Source: Bacilli bacterium (GTDB lineage Bacteria; Bacillota_I; Bacilli_A; RFN20; DUOF01). Taken from it: 64,000 nucleotides of DNA. Both the position numbers and the translations under genes were made by a program. The DNA lies in NCBI GenBank assembly GCA_045128835.1, contig JBGVRX010000011.1, forward strand, positions 31,548 to 95,547. The letters are read 5' to 3'. Shown here piece by piece: positions 59,439-64,000 of the stretch (position 1 is the stretch's first letter; each line of letters starts with the position of its first letter). A model generated the notes under the pieces. The model saw nothing but the letters and a program-made list of their open reading frames with translations. It made no database searches and had not been told where the DNA came from.

Positions 59439-61100
59439 ATGAAGAAATATAGTTTATTACTTTTTTTAGTTACTTTTTTGCTTAGTGGTTGTTCTATTTC
59501 CTACTCTACTAATATAAATGGTGGAGGCAATATTCAAGACAGCGGTTCTAGCAATGAAGGGAATGGAAATTCTAATAATGGAGGAAATAATGGTGAAACT
59601 CCGCCTCCTTCTGGAGATAACGGTTCAGATAATCAAGGCGATTCTGGAAATAGCAATGTCTTAACACCTAATTTATCAGCTATTAATAATCCTGACATAG
59701 CCGCTCCTAGCACTATAAATGATAGCGCTCTATTTTATCCAAGTTATTTGAATGCATCGAGTTCTATTATATTGCAACATTCATATGTTGATGATACCAA
59801 AACCGGTCAATATAAAGTGTATTCTGCTTATTATTCTTCTTACTATGATACTCTATATATTGCTTACGATTCTGTAACAAACCCAGTTCAAACAATAACA
59901 GCCAAAGATTTATATCAAATGGAAAGACACGCAATAAACTATTTCGTTACAGATAATAATAAAACGGATTATAAAAACTATTTAAAAGCTGTTCTTGTAT
60001 ATCCAGATACTTTAGCAAGTAGTTGTAGAAAAGGACTAACTGATAATTCATCAATCAGCATTAACGGATGCGCCAATTATGTAGGAAAAGAAGCCGTTAT
60101 TAGTTTAAATAGAATGTCTGAACTTGCACATTTTTATGAAGAAAGAAAAATACCTGCTTCTGGAACTACCTATTATCAAGTTGAAGCAATGAGATTTACT
60201 TTTGCCCATGAATTTGGTCATGTATCTACATTCTACAATATGGCCCATCAAAGTGATGAAAATTATGAAGACTATTTAAAACTTAGATTAGGAGACCTAT
60301 ACTCTACAATTTACCCAAATGGTTTGCCTACATCATACAGTAGCCAAAATACAGGTTATTATACTCAACCAAGTGAAATCTTAGCAGATGATTATGTTGA
60401 ACTATTCTATGATAGATCACAAAAAGTTAGCGAAGATACATATAGTTACACACTTGATAAAAACTACGATAGAAACTCTTTGAAAGATTATTCATCTATC
60501 AAAGATTTAGAGACAAATGAAACTCTATATACTGTGCTTAGAACTTACTATATCAATTATTTCTTAGATAACTCTAGCAGAGTAACATACACAACACCTA
60601 AAATTATGTCACTACCATCTAATGCAAGACAAATAGAATATTATGAATCAGTTTCAAAAATAGGCTCTTCAAAGAAAACAATCTCTACTTCATCTGAAGT
60701 TCACCTTATAGCGGTAGGAGAAATAACAGTAAACAGTGTTAAATATTATAGAGTCATCTTATCTAACACATTCAATGCTTTATCTTCTGGTTCATACGAT
60801 GAAAAAGAAGCAGGAAAAAAAATGGGTTATGTTAAAGCTTCAGATTACACAAGAAACACTCAATTAAAGCTTTATAAAATAGATAACAATCTTTCTCAAA
60901 ACACGAAAATGACTAAATATCAAATGGCTCCAATCGAGCAACACAGCAACATATTTGTCTTACCATACTATGACTTTTCATATGTTTTAAATAAATCTAC
61001 AAGTACAAACTATGCTACAATGTATGATTACTTAAACACTAAAATTTCTGGTCAAACTTATAAAATAAATATATACAGTTTTGGAACATTACTTAACTAA
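59439..61100 (+). CDS. Lipoprotein with zincin-like HEXXH metalloprotease motif
   Basis: Lipobox LSGC, G/N/S-rich linker, FAHEFGH and downstream EILADDY. Confidence 0.7.
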   Translation: MKKYSLLLFLVTFLLSGCSISYSTNINGGGNIQDSGSSNEGNGNSNNGGNNGETPPPSGDNGSDNQGDSGNSNVLTPNLSAINNPDIAAPSTINDSALFYPSYLNASSSIILQHSYVDDTKTGQYKVYSAYYSSYYDTLYIAYDSVTNPVQTITAKDLYQMERHAINYFVTDNNKTDYKNYLKAVLVYPDTLASSCRKGLTDNSSISINGCANYVGKEAVISLNRMSELAHFYEERKIPASGTTYYQVEAMRFTFAHEFGHVSTFYNMAHQSDENYEDYLKLRLGDLYSTIYPNGLPTSYSSQNTGYYTQPSEILADDYVELFYDRSQKVSEDTYSYTLDKNYDRNSLKDYSSIKDLETNETLYTVLRTYYINYFLDNSSRVTYTTPKIMSLPSNARQIEYYESVSKIGSSKKTISTSSEVHLIAVGEITVNSVKYYRVILSNTFNALSSGSYDEKEAGKKMGYVKASDYTRNTQLKLYKIDNNLSQNTKMTKYQMAPIEQHSNIFVLPYYDFSYVLNKSTSTNYATMYDYLNTKISGQTYKINIYSFGTLLN

Positions 61101-61118
61101 AAAAAAGAGAATTTAGAT

Positions 61119-62294
61119 TTATTTATCTAAGTTCTCTTTTTCATTTAATAATCTATCTAATGTTATTGTATAGTTAAATTCTTTTTTCAAATTATCTAAT
61201 TCTTCTTTTTGCTTTTTATAATTTATGTTTTTATCTCTTTTAACTGCTCTTATTAGGATATTCTTTGGTGTATGTTCCATATCAATGAATTCTAATAATT
61301 GTGTTTTATAACCATTTAATTCTAAAAGTTTAGCTCTAGTAACATCTGTAATTAATGCGGACATTCTTTCTTTTACAATCCCATAATCTGTAAGTGCTTT
61401 TAAGTTATCCGTTTTAATTTGCTTGTTTAGTTCATGTTGACAACAAGGGACCGAAAGAATGACTTTTGCTCCCCACTTTATAGCATTATACAAAGCATAA
61501 TCTGTAGCTGTATCACAAGCATGAAGTGTTACAACCATATCAACTTCACTCTCTTTATAGTCTTTTATATCTCCGACTTGGAATTTAATTCCTTTCATAC
61601 GATATTTACTTACTATTTGATTACACTTATTTATTACATCTTTCTTTAAATCCAATCCTATAATATTTACTTTATAATTTAAAACTTCAGTTAAATAATA
61701 ATGAATTGCAAATGTTAAATATGACTTACCACAGCCAAAATCAATTATATTAATTGTTTTAGTTGTATCAAATTCCTCTACGATATCTTGAACAAATTCT
61801 ATAAATCTATTTATTTGTTTAAATTTATCATACTTATCATTTAACACCTTACCTTGTAAGTTCATTACTCCAAGTTCTACTAGAAAAGGAACAACAGTAT
61901 TATCTTTTATAATGTATTGTTTTTCTCTGTTATGAGAGTATTTTAACTCTTTATGCGCTACTTGATTAGCCCTTTCAACAATACTTATTTTACCCGATTT
62001 GTTAGATAAAATATGATATTCTTTTTCACTTGTATTAATAAGTACTTGTTTAAAAATATTTGTTATAAGCGCTACTACTTCATCAATTGAGTTAGCAATA
62101 TCTAAATTAGAATGTGCTACTCTATTTTCAAAATGATAAGTAAATTGATATTTAATTTCTTCATTAGATTCGAATGGTTTTACTGTTACCTTTACGATTG
62201 ATTCCTTATCTTTTTTATAAGGATTAGAGAAAATCATTCTTAAAATATTTTTATCACTAAATAAATTTTCTATTAATTGTCTTAAATTATTCAT
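61119..62294 (-). CDS. Class I SAM-dependent methyltransferase
   Basis: [30 protein letters not shown]. Confidence 0.88.
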   Translation of the reverse strand: MNNLRQLIENLFSDKNILRMIFSNPYKKDKESIVKVTVKPFESNEEIKYQFTYHFENRVAHSNLDIANSIDEVVALITNIFKQVLINTSEKEYHILSNKSGKISIVERANQVAHKELKYSHNREKQYIIKDNTVVPFLVELGVMNLQGKVLNDKYDKFKQINRFIEFVQDIVEEFDTTKTINIIDFGCGKSYLTFAIHYYLTEVLNYKVNIIGLDLKKDVINKCNQIVSKYRMKGIKFQVGDIKDYKESEVDMVVTLHACDTATDYALYNAIKWGAKVILSVPCCQHELNKQIKTDNLKALTDYGIVKERMSALITDVTRAKLLELNGYKTQLLEFIDMEHTPKNILIRAVKRDKNINYKKQKEELDNLKKEFNYTITLDRLLNEKENLDK

Positions 62295-63682
62295 CCTATA
62301 CTACCTTCCATTTCTAGCTTAATTAAATTATTAAGCTCTACTGCATATTCCATTGGAAGTTCTTTAGCAAAAGGCTCAATAAATCCCATAACAATCATTT
62401 GAGAAGCTTTAGTTTTATCCAAGCCTCTAGACATTAAATAAAATAATTCATCTTCGCTGATTTTAGAAACACTAGCTTCGTGTTCAATTATTGAAGAGTT
62501 ATTATTAACTATATTTGTAGGTATTGTATCACTAGTAGATATGTCATCAATCAATAATGTGTCACATTCTACTTTACTACGAGAATTCTTCGCTTTTTCT
62601 CCAATTTTTACAAGACCTCTATAATCTACAACACCACCGAGTTTACCAATAGATTTAGAGATGATAGTTGAACTAGTGTTTGGTGCCAAATGAATCATCT
62701 TAGCTCCAGCATCTTGAATTTGATCTTTGGATGCTACTGCTATAGAAATACATACACCTTTAGCGTATCTTTCCTTCAAAACACAAGCAGGATATTTCAT
62801 ATTAATGTGCGAACCAATATTACCATCGATCCATTCCATTAATCCATTTTCTAAAACTAATGCTCTTTTTGTAACTAAGTTTATAATATTAGTTGACCAG
62901 TTTTGAATTGTAGAATATCTACATTTTGCATCTTTACAAACTATTATTTCTACGACTGCAGCATGCAACGAATCTTTAGAATAAATAGGTGCGCTACATC
63001 CCTCTACATAATGAACTTCACTACCCTCATCTACAATAATCAAAGTCCTTTCAAATTGTCCCATTTGTTGTGAGTTAATTCTAAAATAAGATTGTAAGGG
63101 CTTATCCAATTTTGTGTTTTTTGGTATATAAATAAACGAACCACCAGACCATACTGCGCTATTTAAAGCAGCAAATTTATTGTCTGTAAAAGGAACTACA
63201 GTACCAAAATATTTCTTAAATAGTTCTGGATATTGTTTTAATGCAGAGTCAGTATCTAAGAAAATAATACCTTTTTCTTCAACTTCTTTTAACATTGAAT
63301 GATATACAACTTCAGATTCATATTGAGTTGAAACTCCTGACAAGAATTTTTGTTCTGCTTCTTTAATGCCCAGCTTATCAAAAGTGTTTTTTATGGTTTC
63401 AGGAACTTCATTCCAATCTGCAGACACCTTGTCACTAGGTCTTATAAAATAAGTAAAATCATTAAAATCTATTTCACTTAAATCAGGACCAAAACTTGGC
63501 ATAGGTCTTTTAACAAACTCATTGTATGACTTAAGACGATACTCAAGCATCCATTCAGGTTCATTTTTATATTTAGAAATTTGTCTTATTATATCTTCAT
63601 TTAAACCTTTTTCAGTTTTAAAGATAGAAACGTCTTTATCTTTAAATCCATATTTATACTCTGTTTCTTTTTCTAAATCCAT
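62291..63682 (-). CDS. sufB: Fe-S cluster assembly protein SufB
   Basis: [34 protein letters not shown]. Confidence 0.96.
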   Translation of the reverse strand: MDLEKETEYKYGFKDKDVSIFKTEKGLNEDIIRQISKYKNEPEWMLEYRLKSYNEFVKRPMPSFGPDLSEIDFNDFTYFIRPSDKVSADWNEVPETIKNTFDKLGIKEAEQKFLSGVSTQYESEVVYHSMLKEVEEKGIIFLDTDSALKQYPELFKKYFGTVVPFTDNKFAALNSAVWSGGSFIYIPKNTKLDKPLQSYFRINSQQMGQFERTLIIVDEGSEVHYVEGCSAPIYSKDSLHAAVVEIIVCKDAKCRYSTIQNWSTNIINLVTKRALVLENGLMEWIDGNIGSHINMKYPACVLKERYAKGVCISIAVASKDQIQDAGAKMIHLAPNTSSTIISKSIGKLGGVVDYRGLVKIGEKAKNSRSKVECDTLLIDDISTSDTIPTNIVNNNSSIIEHEASVSKISEDELFYLMSRGLDKTKASQMIVMGFIEPFAKELPMEYAVELNNLIKLEMEGSIG

Positions 63683-63701
63683 TTCTACCCCTCCATTCTT
63701 T

Positions 63702-64000
63702 TTATTTATCTTTATTAATTATTTCTTTTAGTCCATTCCAAGATAAAGTTGCACATTTAATTCTATTTGCTTGTTTTGATGTATTAACAAACGCTGCAGC
63801 TTCACCTAATAATTCTTCATCATAGTCTTTTCCATAAAGCATATTCAAATAATTTTCAATAATAACATTTGCTTCTTCGACACTCTTATCTTTTAAAAGT
63901 TCACTCATAATCGAAGTTGAAGCAGTAGAAATAGTACACGCTACGCCATCAAAACAAATATCTTTTATTGTTCCATCTTCTACTAAAACCTCTAAATCAA
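63702..64000 (-). CDS. sufU: SufU/NifU-like scaffold (5' end outside the window)
   Basis: [16 protein letters not shown]...RIKCATLSW; upstream of sufB. Confidence 0.88.
   Translation of the reverse strand, partial: DLEVLVEDGTIKDICFDGVACTISTASTSIMSELLKDKSVEEANVIIENYLNMLYGKDYDEELLGEAAAFVNTSKQANRIKCATLSWNGLKEIINKDK

Noticed and set aside
2328-63731. Many 60-135 aa antisense or overlapping ORFs in the track
   Set aside because: They are shadows of real genes with no RBS or motifs.
63876-63882. Spo0A-box match TTCGACA
   Set aside because: It lies inside the sufU coding sequence, and a 7-mer is expected by chance.

Overview
AT-rich chromosomal segment of a genome-reduced, apparently spore-forming member of the Bacilli (standard code 11; uncultured gut-lineage affiliation such as RF39/RFN20 is only a guess). 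Most genes lie on the minus strand. Much of the window is a compacted version of Bacillus gene order: yqfT-nfo-cshB-yqfQ, trmK-sigA-dnaG-glyS-recO-era-cdd-ybeY, yqfD-yqfC, 6S-aspS-hisS, parC-parE-plsY, yneF-sirA-tkt-ynzC, greA, ruvX, sufB-sufU. Features missing from the ORF track are rpmG, a probable 6S RNA, a T-box riboswitch, and Spo0A/sigmaE/sigmaK-like sites. Three observations stand out. (1) The gene at the hisS position is an intact ORF that has lost most HisRS catalytic motifs and the insertion domain but keeps the anticodon-binding domain, behind a T-box that reads as Asp-specific. (2) An RtcB RNA ligase is divergently paired with a tandem-RHH-like/WYL/WCX regulator, with a candidate operator between them. 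(3) A very divergent sigma70-like protein sits next to an orphan. I saw no CRISPR array, rRNA, tRNA or mobile element. All family calls come from motif recognition and recalled synteny, not database searches.
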